A stretch of DNA of 64,000 bases from Promethearchaeota archaeon (lineage in GTDB: Archaea > Asgardarchaeota > Lokiarchaeia > Sigyniarchaeales > SOKP01): assembly GCA_019057795.1 (NCBI GenBank), contig JAHLWS010000030.1:39524-103523 (forward strand), given 5' to 3'. A model generated the notes under the pieces. It saw only the letters and a program-made list of their open reading frames with translations. It searched no databases and was not told the DNA's origin. This document shows positions 31,178-41,119 of the stretch, piece by piece. Position 1 is the stretch's first letter. Each line of letters starts with the position of its first letter. A program made the position numbers and the translations under genes.

Positions 31178-32488
31178 TTAAGTTAATCTTTGAAAGCCAC
31201 TATGGGCAACAGGACCTTCTAACAATTCGAGAATATTGTTTTCTTTTATTCCTTGAGCAATAAATTTAAATGTTTCATCGACAGCATTAAGGTAATTTTC
31301 CACGATCTCTTTTGTATGACTATAGCTGACATAGACACTAGAACTGGCTAAATATCCTTTTTTTAACATTTCTTGAGTAAAGAGAGTTTTAATTTCTTGT
31401 GAATTTTTATAATTAAACGTAAAAGTGGTTAACGCATTAGGGGGTAATATTTCAATATCAAGTGAATGGTCTTTTGCTAATTTTTCCCATCCCCTACTAA
31501 TCATCTTACCAATAAGGTCTAAATGGGCTGGAACAGCTTTGGTTTGCATTTTTCTAATAGTAGCAAGTGCTGCTGCGGGACCAATACGTTCAGTCCAATA
31601 AGTACTGCTAATAAAACTAGTCTGAGCAGCATCCATGATATTTCCCTTCCCTACTACAGCAGCCATAGGGTAGCCATTACTCATTGCTTTACCTACAACC
31701 ATAATATCTGGGTTAACATTGAAGGTTAGGTGAGCTCCGCCAACTATAAGTCTCCAACCAGAGGTAATTTCATCGAATATTAAGACAGCACCGATCTCAT
31801 CAGAGATATCTCTAATTTTTTTGAGGAAATCATTTTTAGGTTCCTGGTGTCTTAGTGGTTCTACAACAATAACCCCAATATCATTTTCTTTTACTATTGC
31901 TTCTAATTTATTGATGTTATTATATTCAAAAGGTAAGGCAGTGTTAATTAAACTTCTTGGGACCCCATTTGGATTGAGTCCAGGTAAAAGATGGCCATCC
32001 AAACTTGCATTATCTGCTAGATTACTTGATAAATACCAATCATGCCAACCATGATAACCACAAAAAGCAATTTTATCTTTTTTCGTATAAGCCCGTGCGA
32101 TTCTTATAGCAATGACCATTGCTTCTCCACCTGTCCTTGCATACCGTACTGATTGAGCCCATGGATGGAGTTCAATCAGAAGCTCAGCTAATTCTACCTC
32201 TTCGGGGCAATTTAAAGTCGCCATAGAACCCTCACTGATTACTTTTTGAACCGCATTATTCACATCTGTATCAGCGTAACCAAGAGTACATGACCCAACA
32301 CCCATTATTGTCATGTCAATGAATTTATTTTCATCTAAGTCCCATATTTCAACACCCTTAGCTTTTTTATAATAAGAAGGCCAATAATCTGGTAAAAACA
32401 TTTCTGATCTTTTGCTTAATAATTGAGATCCTCCTGGGATCAATTTTTTTGCCTTATTCCATAAATCTATTCCTTTTTGACAGTTCAT
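31178..32488 (-). CDS. Class III PLP aminotransferase (GSA-aminomutase-like type associated with SpsF/NeuB clusters)
   Basis: IPGGSQLLSKRSEMF, ARTGGEA, GYHGWHDW, IFDEITSGWR, GKAMSNG, SSTYW. Confidence 0.9.
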   Translation of the reverse strand: MNCQKGIDLWNKAKKLIPGGSQLLSKRSEMFLPDYWPSYYKKAKGVEIWDLDENKFIDMTIMGVGSCTLGYADTDVNNAVQKVISEGSMATLNCPEEVELAELLIELHPWAQSVRYARTGGEAMVIAIRIARAYTKKDKIAFCGYHGWHDWYLSSNLADNASLDGHLLPGLNPNGVPRSLINTALPFEYNNINKLEAIVKENDIGVIVVEPLRHQEPKNDFLKKIRDISDEIGAVLIFDEITSGWRLIVGGAHLTFNVNPDIMVVGKAMSNGYPMAAVVGKGNIMDAAQTSFISSTYWTERIGPAAALATIRKMQTKAVPAHLDLIGKMISRGWEKLAKDHSLDIEILPPNALTTFTFNYKNSQEIKTLFTQEMLKKGYLASSSVYVSYSHTKEIVENYLNAVDETFKFIAQGIKENNILELLEGPVAHSGFQRLT

Positions 32489-32510
32489 AATTTCACAACT
32501 CTAATAATTT

Positions 32511-33152
32511 TTATAAATCTATTTTTGTTTGTTTTTGATGGCTCTCTTCTATTTTATACAGGATATCTAATACCTTTTCGTCATCTTCTAATGTGTAATG
32601 ATATTTTTCCTTGCCTTTAACCGCATTGAGGAAATGCTTCATCTCATCTATGTACATTTCTTCAATAATATTAGGATTATATCCCTCTTGCGCGGTTCCT
32701 ATATCTTCTTTAAAATATTTCCATTCTTGATTCTTAGGGTTAAAAACACCTACTTGTTTTGTATTCCAATCCCATTCTATTACGCCATCCGCACCAAACA
32801 TTCCAAGAAGTAGATTTCTTCGATTAAAAGGAGCAATTATTGTTGCGTGAAGTGTTTTCCAAACTTTTTCTATATAAAATCTACTTGGAAATATATTCCT
32901 AACTTTTGTCATTATACTTATTTGATATGACGTCATGATATATAATGCAAAATTTTGAGAATCCCATAGTCCAAAATTATCAGAAAATGTAAAAATCTGT
33001 CCCAAAATAATTAGGGGTAATAGAAGATTTAAAATAGGAGTAATAAAACTCATTATTATAGGAAGTTTAAATCTTGTAGATAATTTGAGATCCTTTTCTG
33101 TAACAGCAAAAATTTGATATAAATCGTCTTTAATTTTTTTAATAATCTGCAT
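32511..33152 (-). pseudogene. In-frame chimera: N-terminal half of an ABC-2 permease fused to the C-terminus of a Gfo/Idh/MocA oxidoreductase
   Basis: First ~119 aa align with permease 10959 up to IIAPFNRRNLLLGMF; then GADGVIEWDW..EEMYIDEMKHFLNAV, typical of a Gfo/Idh/MocA C-terminus. Confidence 0.82.
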
Positions 33153-33486
33153 TTAAAGTGAAGACCTTTTACTTTTCTATATATTTGTCATTTATTACAA
33201 TTGATAATCAGAAGTTCTTAGCATCAACAACTATTTTTAAAATCTATTATTTCTTAAAAAAATTTTTATTTTGACACTACTCAAACTTTAAATGAGTATA
33301 ACACCCATATTTGATATATCTTCTCCATTGAGACTTTTTTCCATCTATTATACTTAGACACACCGTTTCAGGAAGAAACTCTTAGTAAGTTGAATTTTTT
33401 TCTCCTTATTTATAGTATCTACTATGATATTATCATAATTAGCCCTTTAGTCTCAGATCTTATCAATGATTCGATTCTGATTTATT

Positions 33487-34533
33487 CTAAATTATACTTT
33501 CAATATATTCCATCAACCTATTTTTAAGTGCTATGCTTGAATACTTTTTCTTTATTTCTTCATTATTCAACTTTACTCCGCCTTCCAAGACGAGTTTCAT
33601 TTTTTCAACTAAATCATTAACATTGTTTAATTCAAAATACAGAGCATAATCACCCAGAACTTCTCTGTGAACATATGTATTTGAAGCAATAACGGGTTTA
33701 TTAAGAAAAGCTGCTTCGACTGGAGTCATTCCAAATCCTTCAAACTCAGAAGCATCTACATAAGATGCTGCTTCATTCAAAGTATTCATAGTTTTATTAT
33801 GATCTTTATAATAAAAATGAGGACAATCTAGTTTGATACTTGGATGGCTATGACGACCTAATATAATTATATTTAGATCTAATCTCTTTGCTGCCTTTAC
33901 AAATACTTCTTGATGTTTAAAAGGCGCTATCCTGCTAATATTAATAGCATCATATTTAAGTTTAGCTTTTGGCAAATTCAACAAATAATCTGAATTAACA
34001 CATGGATAGCAGACTTTAGTATCAAGTTTTAAAATTCTCTTAACTGTTTTCTGTGTATATTTAGAAAGAGATAAGTTTAAATCGGAATGTTTTAGAAAAT
34101 TTCGATAATTTTTTAAAAAATATATTCGATTTTTTATAGTAGTATTAAAATAATATTGAACAGTAGGATTAATTTTATTAATAAATTTATTTTTTTCATC
34201 TTTTACTTTAAAGAGATTTACACAATTAAAGAAAAATTGGTTTTTATTAATAATATTAAAAAAGGTCTGTCTTGTGTAATTCTTTATTGTATTTAGATTG
34301 CTATTATAGTATAATTTCCAAGGTGGAATGTCTAATATACTATTTATTATTTTTATTTTATTTTTTTTTATTTTTTTTAAATTTCTGAATACTTCATACA
34401 TGAAAAAGCGACTTTCAACTAGACATACATCGATATCTGGAGAAAAATCATTAAATAAAACAGAATGTCCGTCATCTTTTAAAATTTTTATAATATAAGG
34501 AAAATAATATAAACCATAAATACTAAAGTTCAT
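33487..34533 (-). CDS. GT4 glycosyltransferase
   Basis: ISRIAPFKHQ, ASEFEGFGMTPVEAA..PVIASN. Confidence 0.88.
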   Translation of the reverse strand: MNFSIYGLYYFPYIIKILKDDGHSVLFNDFSPDIDVCLVESRFFMYEVFRNLKKIKKNKIKIINSILDIPPWKLYYNSNLNTIKNYTRQTFFNIINKNQFFFNCVNLFKVKDEKNKFINKINPTVQYYFNTTIKNRIYFLKNYRNFLKHSDLNLSLSKYTQKTVKRILKLDTKVCYPCVNSDYLLNLPKAKLKYDAINISRIAPFKHQEVFVKAAKRLDLNIIILGRHSHPSIKLDCPHFYYKDHNKTMNTLNEAASYVDASEFEGFGMTPVEAAFLNKPVIASNTYVHREVLGDYALYFELNNVNDLVEKMKLVLEGGVKLNNEEIKKKYSSIALKNRLMEYIESII

Positions 34534-34662
34534 AGTTTTAATTCAAAATTAAATATTTATTGTTATTTAATTTCAAATGTACTGTAATTTTTTAATTCTT
34601 ATTAATTATCTGAAAAATATCTTTTAAATTTAATGGAAATAAGATTTTATTTCTTTTAAGAT

Positions 34663-34850
34663 TCATTTTTTCAAATATAATTATGCTGCTTTAATTTGTT
34701 TTCTATTTTGATTAATTTTAATTATTTCGGGTTTACTTTTTAGAAGTGTCATAATTTCTTTAAAGGAAAAAATTTTTCCTTCTTTACATAACTCATTAAA
34801 TATTTTTTTAAACAATTCAAAATCCTCGTGGTAATCAAGAGTTAATCTCC
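34663..34850 (-). pseudogene. 3' remnant of an spsF paralogue; inverted repeat of 37598-37785
   Basis: [47 protein letters not shown] versus [47 protein letters not shown]; about 21 mismatches in ~143 nt by hand count. Confidence 0.9.
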
Positions 34851-34969
34851 TTAAATCCATTTAAATAAGTATTTATTATATATAATATATTATTTAAAAA
34901 AATAAAACATACTCTCGAATATAATTAATTCATCAAATTTTTATAAAATACTTCGGTGTTAATTATTTC

Positions 34970-35671
34970 ATGGTTTTAGCAAGATTCATAATAAATAAAA
35001 TAAAAACATTGGAAGATATAATTTTAAATGTATTTAATAAGATGTTTAAGAAAGAATTTACACCTTTAAAAGAACAATTTAATGTTTTAAATAGAATGCT
35101 TTTAAGAGTTGTTAATCAAATTATTGTTAATTATATGTTAAGAAAAAGACATAGATTTTGGTTGAAAACTGAAAAACAGCGATTTAAACAGATAATAAAG
35201 AATATTCCAGAAATAAAAGATTCTCAAACAATTCTATACATTGGTGCCAAAAATGATCGGTTTCAATTTAAAGAGTATTTGCAGAAATTAGGATTAAAAA
35301 TAACAATTCTTGAAATTTTTCATCCGAATGTAGCATTCTTAAGAAATAAAGGTTTTGAAGTTATAGAAGCCGATATTGCTAAATATAAAACTGAAAAACA
35401 ATGGGATATTATTTTGTGGTGCCACGGGCCTGAGCATATTGAAAAATCAGAGATCTTTAAAGTTTTGAAAAATTTAGAAAAAATTGCCTCTAAGGCTGTC
35501 ATCCTTGGCTGCCCATGGGGGTTATACCCACAAAATGCGATTTATAATAATATTCATGAGATTCATAAATGCACACTTTACGAAGAAGATTTTAAAATCT
35601 TAGATTATAGTACTAGAACCTTGGGTAAAATGGATGGAGCTTATAGTAATTTATTAGCATGGAAAGTATAA
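34970..35671 (+). CDS. Class I SAM-methyltransferase-like protein
   Basis: ILYIGA, ILEIF, IEADI, WDIILWCHGPEHI. Confidence 0.65.
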   Translation: MVLARFIINKIKTLEDIILNVFNKMFKKEFTPLKEQFNVLNRMLLRVVNQIIVNYMLRKRHRFWLKTEKQRFKQIIKNIPEIKDSQTILYIGAKNDRFQFKEYLQKLGLKITILEIFHPNVAFLRNKGFEVIEADIAKYKTEKQWDIILWCHGPEHIEKSEIFKVLKNLEKIASKAVILGCPWGLYPQNAIYNNIHEIHKCTLYEEDFKILDYSTRTLGKMDGAYSNLLAWKV

Positions 35672-35719
35672 TACGATATTTTATTTGTATGATTTTTTTT
35701 CCTTGATATGGAAAAACCA

Positions 35720-35917
35720 ATGAAAAATTATTTCACATTCTTTAACTAAATCTTTAAGGTTGTTATAATTAGTTACCGAATTCTTAACAAATTTTGCTTT
35801 TTTAAGTAAATATTTTGGAGAATAGTTTGATTTTCCATGTACTTATTCTTCTAAATTATCGAGAATAAAGACTTTATGTTTTTTCTCTTCAATTAGTTTA
35901 TCAATTACATAATTACT
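35720..35917 (-). pseudogene. Remnant of an NAD-dependent sugar epimerase N-terminus (LDNLxxQVHG type)
   Basis: SNYVIDKLIEEKKHKVFILDNLEE*VHGKSNYSPKYL..FVKNSVTNYNNLKDLVKECEIIFH; TAA at 35843-35845 where Gln is expected; GxxGxxG and C-terminus missing. Confidence 0.75.
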
Positions 35918-35922
35918 AGTAA

Positions 35923-36873
35923 TTAAATATATTTCTTAATCATAGATATTATTTTGTCACATAATTTAATCCAATGAGAATCTCCAAAATTAATATATTT
36001 TAACCAAATTTTATTAGTATTTTTGACCCAAATTCTAAATTCTTTAACATTTAAAGCGTTATGTTTTTTTAACATTTTTATTGAAATATTTACATTTTTA
36101 ATTAAATATTTTTTTGGTTTCAAATACTTAATAATTCCTTTTGCTTGCATTATAAGCATTCTTATTTCCCATTGTTTATCAAAAACCTTCTTAAGATAAA
36201 TATTTTCAAATTTAGGTTCCATATCTCCCTTTTTATTCGTTATTTGATGATAATGAAATGTATCAAAAATTTGACCGTAATTAAAACCTTCTGCTAATAT
36301 CAATTCTTTGAAAATTATATCTTCATTTCTTTGTAAATAATCATCTTTAATTTTTCCAATTATATTTTCAAATGCCTTAGTTCGGCCCATTTGACTACCT
36401 GAATATGCACGTTCCAATTTTCTGAACTCGGGTCGATCGAATTCTATCAAAGCAGTCATGTGCCTATCACATTCAAACCAATCATATTCATTTTGATACT
36501 TTTTCATAATATCATACCATTTATCAGGAAGATAAACATCAGCATGTAAATATATAAACCATTTTGTTTTTACTTTTGAAATTAATTCGGCAATGCAATA
36601 ACCAAGAGAAGCATATTTTGATTGATCGATTACATCTACGCGAGGAAATTTTTTGACAATTTCAATTGAATCATCTGTACATCCGCCATTTCCAATTAAT
36701 AATCTATTTATTGGTATTTCTCTGTAAAATGAATACAAATTCTTCTTAAAAATAGGATTTGTATTAATTAAAGGTATAATTACATCAATCCCCTCTTCAT
36801 TTGTTAATTCTTTTCTGTCTAGAAATTCCTCATTTATATAGTATTTCTCAAAGATGGATACCTTTTTTTTCAT
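35923..36873 (-). CDS. GT2 glycosyltransferase
   Basis: IDVIIP, GNGGCTDDS, IYLHADV, NED. Confidence 0.8.
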   Translation of the reverse strand: MKKKVSIFEKYYINEEFLDRKELTNEEGIDVIIPLINTNPIFKKNLYSFYREIPINRLLIGNGGCTDDSIEIVKKFPRVDVIDQSKYASLGYCIAELISKVKTKWFIYLHADVYLPDKWYDIMKKYQNEYDWFECDRHMTALIEFDRPEFRKLERAYSGSQMGRTKAFENIIGKIKDDYLQRNEDIIFKELILAEGFNYGQIFDTFHYHQITNKKGDMEPKFENIYLKKVFDKQWEIRMLIMQAKGIIKYLKPKKYLIKNVNISIKMLKKHNALNVKEFRIWVKNTNKIWLKYINFGDSHWIKLCDKIISMIKKYI

Positions 36874-37044
36874 TGCCTTATCCTATTTCATAATGATAAA
36901 TTATAATAACTTAAATCTAAATTAAATTTTATTACTGGCCTTTTTATGTGTTCTTTTATTTATGAAATTAAAAAATTGACATTCTACAGAAATAGGATTT
37001 TTCTTTTGATAAAATCTTTAATTAATTAGATATATATTCCAAAT

Positions 37045-37785
37045 ATGAAATTTGTAATTACAATTACAGTTCGAATGAAATCAACTCGTTTACCAAAAAA
37101 AGTTCTTTTACCTTTAAAAGGCAAAAGATATTTAGATCATATGATTGAGCGTTTGAAACTAGCAAAAAGAACATCAGAGATAGTTTTATGTACATCTCCA
37201 TTAGAAGAAGATGATGTTTTAATTGATGTTGCCAAAGAAAATGGAATCAAATATTATAGAGGTCATATTGATGATGTAATGTTGCGGATATACAATGCTG
37301 CAAAGAAATTTGGTGCTGATGTAATAGTGAGTACAACTGGAGATAATGCATTTACAGATCCAATTATCATGGATGAAATGATCGAATTTTTCGAAAAAAA
37401 TAATGCAGATTACAGTTTTTGTAAAGATTTACCAATAGGGATTCAATCTTATATTGTTAAATTATCAACTATGAAAGATGCCATAGAAAGAAAAGATACA
37501 AATAATACAGAAATTTGGGGCGAATATTTAAATCGTCCAGCATTATACAGAGTTTTTCAATATGAAGTAAAAGATCACCTTTATAACCATCCTGAATGGA
37601 GATTAACTCTAGATTACCCAGAAGATTTTGAACTGTTTAAAAAAATATTTGATGAATTATATAAAGAAGGAGAAATTTTTTCGTTCAAAGAGATTATGCT
37701 ACTACTTAAAAATAAGCCTGAAATTATAAAAATTAATCAAGAAAAAGAACAAAGCAAACCTCCTCCTTTAATATTAAAGAAATAA
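37045..37785 (+). CDS. spsF: SpsF-type cytidylyltransferase family, third copy
   Basis: [31 protein letters not shown]. Confidence 0.87.
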   Translation: MKFVITITVRMKSTRLPKKVLLPLKGKRYLDHMIERLKLAKRTSEIVLCTSPLEEDDVLIDVAKENGIKYYRGHIDDVMLRIYNAAKKFGADVIVSTTGDNAFTDPIIMDEMIEFFEKNNADYSFCKDLPIGIQSYIVKLSTMKDAIERKDTNNTEIWGEYLNRPALYRVFQYEVKDHLYNHPEWRLTLDYPEDFELFKKIFDELYKEGEIFSFKEIMLLLKNKPEIIKINQEKEQSKPPPLILKK

Positions 37786-37978
37786 TTTATTATCTATAAT
37801 ATCGGGAATTAACGATGAATATTAAATATTTTAAATGTTAATTTCAAAAAAATCTATAAGATTTCATTTCAAAAATTTAATTTGTATTCATCAATTAATT
37901 AGTTTAACAAAACAATTTCTTTATGAAATAGTGACTTAATAGTCATTAAAAAATTTAGATTAATTTTTTTATATAATT

Positions 37979-39148
37979 ATGATTGACGAAAAACCAGCAA
38001 TTCTAGGAGGTAAACCAATATTTTCTTCTTTAGTACCAATAATGCAACCTACTTTACCCTCTATAGAAGATATTCAAGATGATATTAAGGAAATTTTACT
38101 CACAAAGATGATAACTAATCATAAATACGTCCAAAATCTTGAAGAAAAATTAAAAGAATACTTAGATGTAAATAATGTTATAGCAATATCAAATTGTACA
38201 ACCGGTTTAATGCTTTTGGGAAAAACACTTGATTTAACGGGCGAAGTACTTACTCCAAGTTTTAGTTTTTCTGCAACCTCATTAGCATTAATTTGGTTAG
38301 GTTTAAAACCAATTTTTATTGATTGCGACCCTAATAAGTTCACTATAGATGTTGAAAAAGTCCCAGAAAAAATATCCTCAAATACATCCGCTATTTTAGC
38401 AACTCATATATTTGGAAATCCATGCAATATAAAAAAATTGGGGGAAATTGCTGAAGAATACAAATTAAAATTGATCTTTGATTCTGCCCATGGAGTAGGT
38501 TCTATTTATCATAACAAAAAAATAGGTAACTTTGGAAATGGAGAATCTTTCAGCATGAGTCCTACAAAAGTATTAACTGCTGGAGAGGGTGGATTTATAA
38601 CTACAGATGATAATAAACTTGCTGAAAAAATTAAAATAGGGAGAAATTATGCTAATCCAGGCGACTACAACACTGCTTTTATTGGTTTAAGTGGTAGAAT
38701 GGCTGAATTTAATGCGATATTGGGATTAAAAAGTTTAAAAATGTTAGAAGAAAATGTGAAAAAAAGACAAAAACTTGTCTCATATTATAAAGATAAGTTA
38801 AAAAAATTTCCAGGCATAAAATTTCAAGAAATTGAAAACAATTCAAGAAGTTCATATAAAGATTTTGCAATTGTTGTTGATTCTGAAAAGTTTGGAATGA
38901 CACGAGACAAATTATTTGAAGCCTTGACTTTGGAAAACATAATGACGAAAAAATATTTTTCTCCTGCTATACATCAACAATATGCATTTAAACCTTTTGT
39001 ACAAAATCAAGATTTAGATTTAGAAGCTACAAATGAATTAGCTAAAAATATATTATGTCTGCCAATATATTCTCATATGGATTTTTCTCTAATAGAGAAA
39101 ATATGCGAAGCTATAGAGAGAATTTTTATAAATCGTTCTAAAATCTAA
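37979..39148 (+). CDS. DegT/DnrJ/EryC1 sugar aminotransferase
   Basis: SNCTTGL, FDSAHG, FSMSPTKVLTAGEGG, LCLPIYS. Confidence 0.9.
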   Translation: MIDEKPAILGGKPIFSSLVPIMQPTLPSIEDIQDDIKEILLTKMITNHKYVQNLEEKLKEYLDVNNVIAISNCTTGLMLLGKTLDLTGEVLTPSFSFSATSLALIWLGLKPIFIDCDPNKFTIDVEKVPEKISSNTSAILATHIFGNPCNIKKLGEIAEEYKLKLIFDSAHGVGSIYHNKKIGNFGNGESFSMSPTKVLTAGEGGFITTDDNKLAEKIKIGRNYANPGDYNTAFIGLSGRMAEFNAILGLKSLKMLEENVKKRQKLVSYYKDKLKKFPGIKFQEIENNSRSSYKDFAIVVDSEKFGMTRDKLFEALTLENIMTKKYFSPAIHQQYAFKPFVQNQDLDLEATNELAKNILCLPIYSHMDFSLIEKICEAIERIFINRSKI

Positions 39149-39180
39149 TAAATTTATTAAATATTATGTAGTGATAGGAA

Positions 39181-40581
39181 TTGAGAACTAAAGTCGAAAA
39201 GCTCTTCGCTTATCAAGAAGATAGAATAATAGATACTATTGATATTATAAATCAAAATTTATTAAAAACAGTATTTATAATTAATGAGAATAAAATTCTG
39301 ATAGGAATCGTTTCAGATGGCGATATAAGGAGAGCTATTTTAAAAAATATTCCTTTAACCGAACCGATAAAAAAAATAATGAACAAAAATCCCTTGGTAG
39401 CAAAAATAGGAATTCCAGAAGATGAAGTTTTGAATATTCTATTAAAAAAAAATATTCAAATTATTCCAATATTAGATAATAAAAGAAGAGTTGTAGAATA
39501 TTACCACATCACTGATTTTATTAAAGAAAAATATCTTAAAAAAAGTGTAAGAGAAGTTGTAGATTTAAAGGAAACAAAAAAAATTTTGGTTACTGGAGGT
39601 GCAGGATATATTGGATCTCAATTAATTCGAATTTTACTTGAAAGTGGCTATTCAGTGAGAGTTTTGGATAAACTTACTTTTGGAAAAGAATCTGTTGAAG
39701 AGCTTTTACAAAATCCTAATTTTGAATTAATTGAGGGAGATTATACTAAAATCGAAGATTTAATACCTTGCTTAAGAAATGTTTATTCTATCATTCATTT
39801 AGCAGCTATAGTCGGAGATCCTGCTAGTAAAGTAGATCCAGAATTAACAGAAGAAATTAACTTTTATGGAGTAAAGATTTTAGCAGAATTCTGTAAATAT
39901 TATGAAATTGATCGATTAATATTCATTTCAACTTGTAGTGTTTATGGTGCTTCAAATAATGAGCTTTTAACAGAACATTCTCCACTTAATCCCATTTCAT
40001 TGTATGCTAAAACAAAATTAAAAGCAGAAAAAGCTTTAATTGAGCTTAGCTGTGAAGAACTTGATGTTTGTATTTTAAGATTAGGAACCGTATTTGGTTG
40101 GTCGTATAGAATGAGGTTTGATTTAGTAGTAAATCTCCTTACAGCCCTTTCAATCAAAAATAAAAAAATCTCAATATTTTCAAGTAAACAATGGAGACCA
40201 TTTATCCATGTAAAAGACGTAGGATATGCAATTTTAAATGTTTTAAATCAACCACCAGAAAATATATCAGGACAAATTTTTAATATCGGGAAAGATGAAA
40301 ATAACTTTCAGATTGAGGAGATTGGAAAAATAATGAAGAACATATTTTCAGATATTAAAGTAATTCAAGTTGAAGATAAAGAAGATAATAGATCTTATAG
40401 AGTATCTTTTAAAAAAGTTAATAAAAAATTAGGATTTGTCCCAAAATATAGTTTAGAGGATGGTATTAGAGAAATTGCTGATATTTTAAAAAAAGAGAAT
40501 ATTAATTTTAAAGACATGAAATATAGTAATTATAAACAATTTCAACATGGAATTTTTGAATCAATTGCTTTTTTTGAGTAG
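39181..40581 (+). CDS. CBS-pair domain fused to an NAD-dependent epimerase/dehydratase
   Basis: N-terminal GIVSDGDIRRAIL..IMNKNP (CBS); then KILVTGGAGYIG, STCSVYG, YAKTK, RMRFDLVVN. Confidence 0.85.
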   Translation: MRTKVEKLFAYQEDRIIDTIDIINQNLLKTVFIINENKILIGIVSDGDIRRAILKNIPLTEPIKKIMNKNPLVAKIGIPEDEVLNILLKKNIQIIPILDNKRRVVEYYHITDFIKEKYLKKSVREVVDLKETKKILVTGGAGYIGSQLIRILLESGYSVRVLDKLTFGKESVEELLQNPNFELIEGDYTKIEDLIPCLRNVYSIIHLAAIVGDPASKVDPELTEEINFYGVKILAEFCKYYEIDRLIFISTCSVYGASNNELLTEHSPLNPISLYAKTKLKAEKALIELSCEELDVCILRLGTVFGWSYRMRFDLVVNLLTALSIKNKKISIFSSKQWRPFIHVKDVGYAILNVLNQPPENISGQIFNIGKDENNFQIEEIGKIMKNIFSDIKVIQVEDKEDNRSYRVSFKKVNKKLGFVPKYSLEDGIREIADILKKENINFKDMKYSNYKQFQHGIFESIAFFE

Positions 40582-40600
40582 ATTTAATAAGGTTTTTTAG

Positions 40601-41119
40601 GTGTTTTTTATGTTTAATTTTAAAAGAGCGGGCAAAAATTTAAAAATCTTTGAATATGTAAAAATTGTAAAACCAGAAGTTATTGAAATAGGAGACTATT
40701 CCGAAATTGATGATTTTTCTTTCATTTATGGAGGTAAAGGTATAATAATTGGAAGATATGTCCATATTGCTCGTTTTGTTAGCATCATCGGAGGAGGGGA
40801 GCTTTATCTTGGAGATTATACAGTTTTAGCCGATGGGGTAAGAATTTTAACTGGGACAGATTCTTATCATGGAGGTGCTAGAATGTCAACATGTTTACCA
40901 ATTGAGCAGCGAAATGCTAAAATTTCATTTGTAAGAATCGAAAAGGACGCTTTTATAGGCACAAATTCTATTGTACATCCAGGAGTAATCATAGGAGAGG
41001 GTGCAATTATTGGAAGTAACAGTTTAGTTTTAAAAGATGTAAAACCTTGGACAATAAATGTCGGTAGTCCTTGTAAGGTTATAAAAAAACGTCCTAAAAT
41101 TAAATTTGAGGATATTTAA
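40601..41119 (+). CDS. Left-handed beta-helix (hexapeptide) acyltransferase
   Basis: IEIGDYSEID, IIIGRYVHI, AFIGTNSIVHPGVIIGEGAIIG, VGSPCK. Confidence 0.88.
   Translation: MFFMFNFKRAGKNLKIFEYVKIVKPEVIEIGDYSEIDDFSFIYGGKGIIIGRYVHIARFVSIIGGGELYLGDYTVLADGVRILTGTDSYHGGARMSTCLPIEQRNAKISFVRIEKDAFIGTNSIVHPGVIIGEGAIIGSNSLVLKDVKPWTINVGSPCKVIKKRPKIKFEDI

Noticed and set aside
31178-32488. hemL (tetrapyrrole synthesis) annotation
   Set aside because: Has GGSQLLSKR and YHGWHDW of the glycan-cluster subtype instead of HemL GGVNSPVR, and no hem genes are nearby
33180-33480. Coding-like intergenic sequence upstream of the chimeric gene
   Set aside because: No recognisable motif in any frame
8245-34380. 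Poly-A/T runs of 9-11 nt inside genes (8253, 11350, 34361) as phase-variation tracts
   Set aside because: Frames are intact, such runs are expected at this AT content and encode Lys/Phe stretches; no poly-G/C tracts seen
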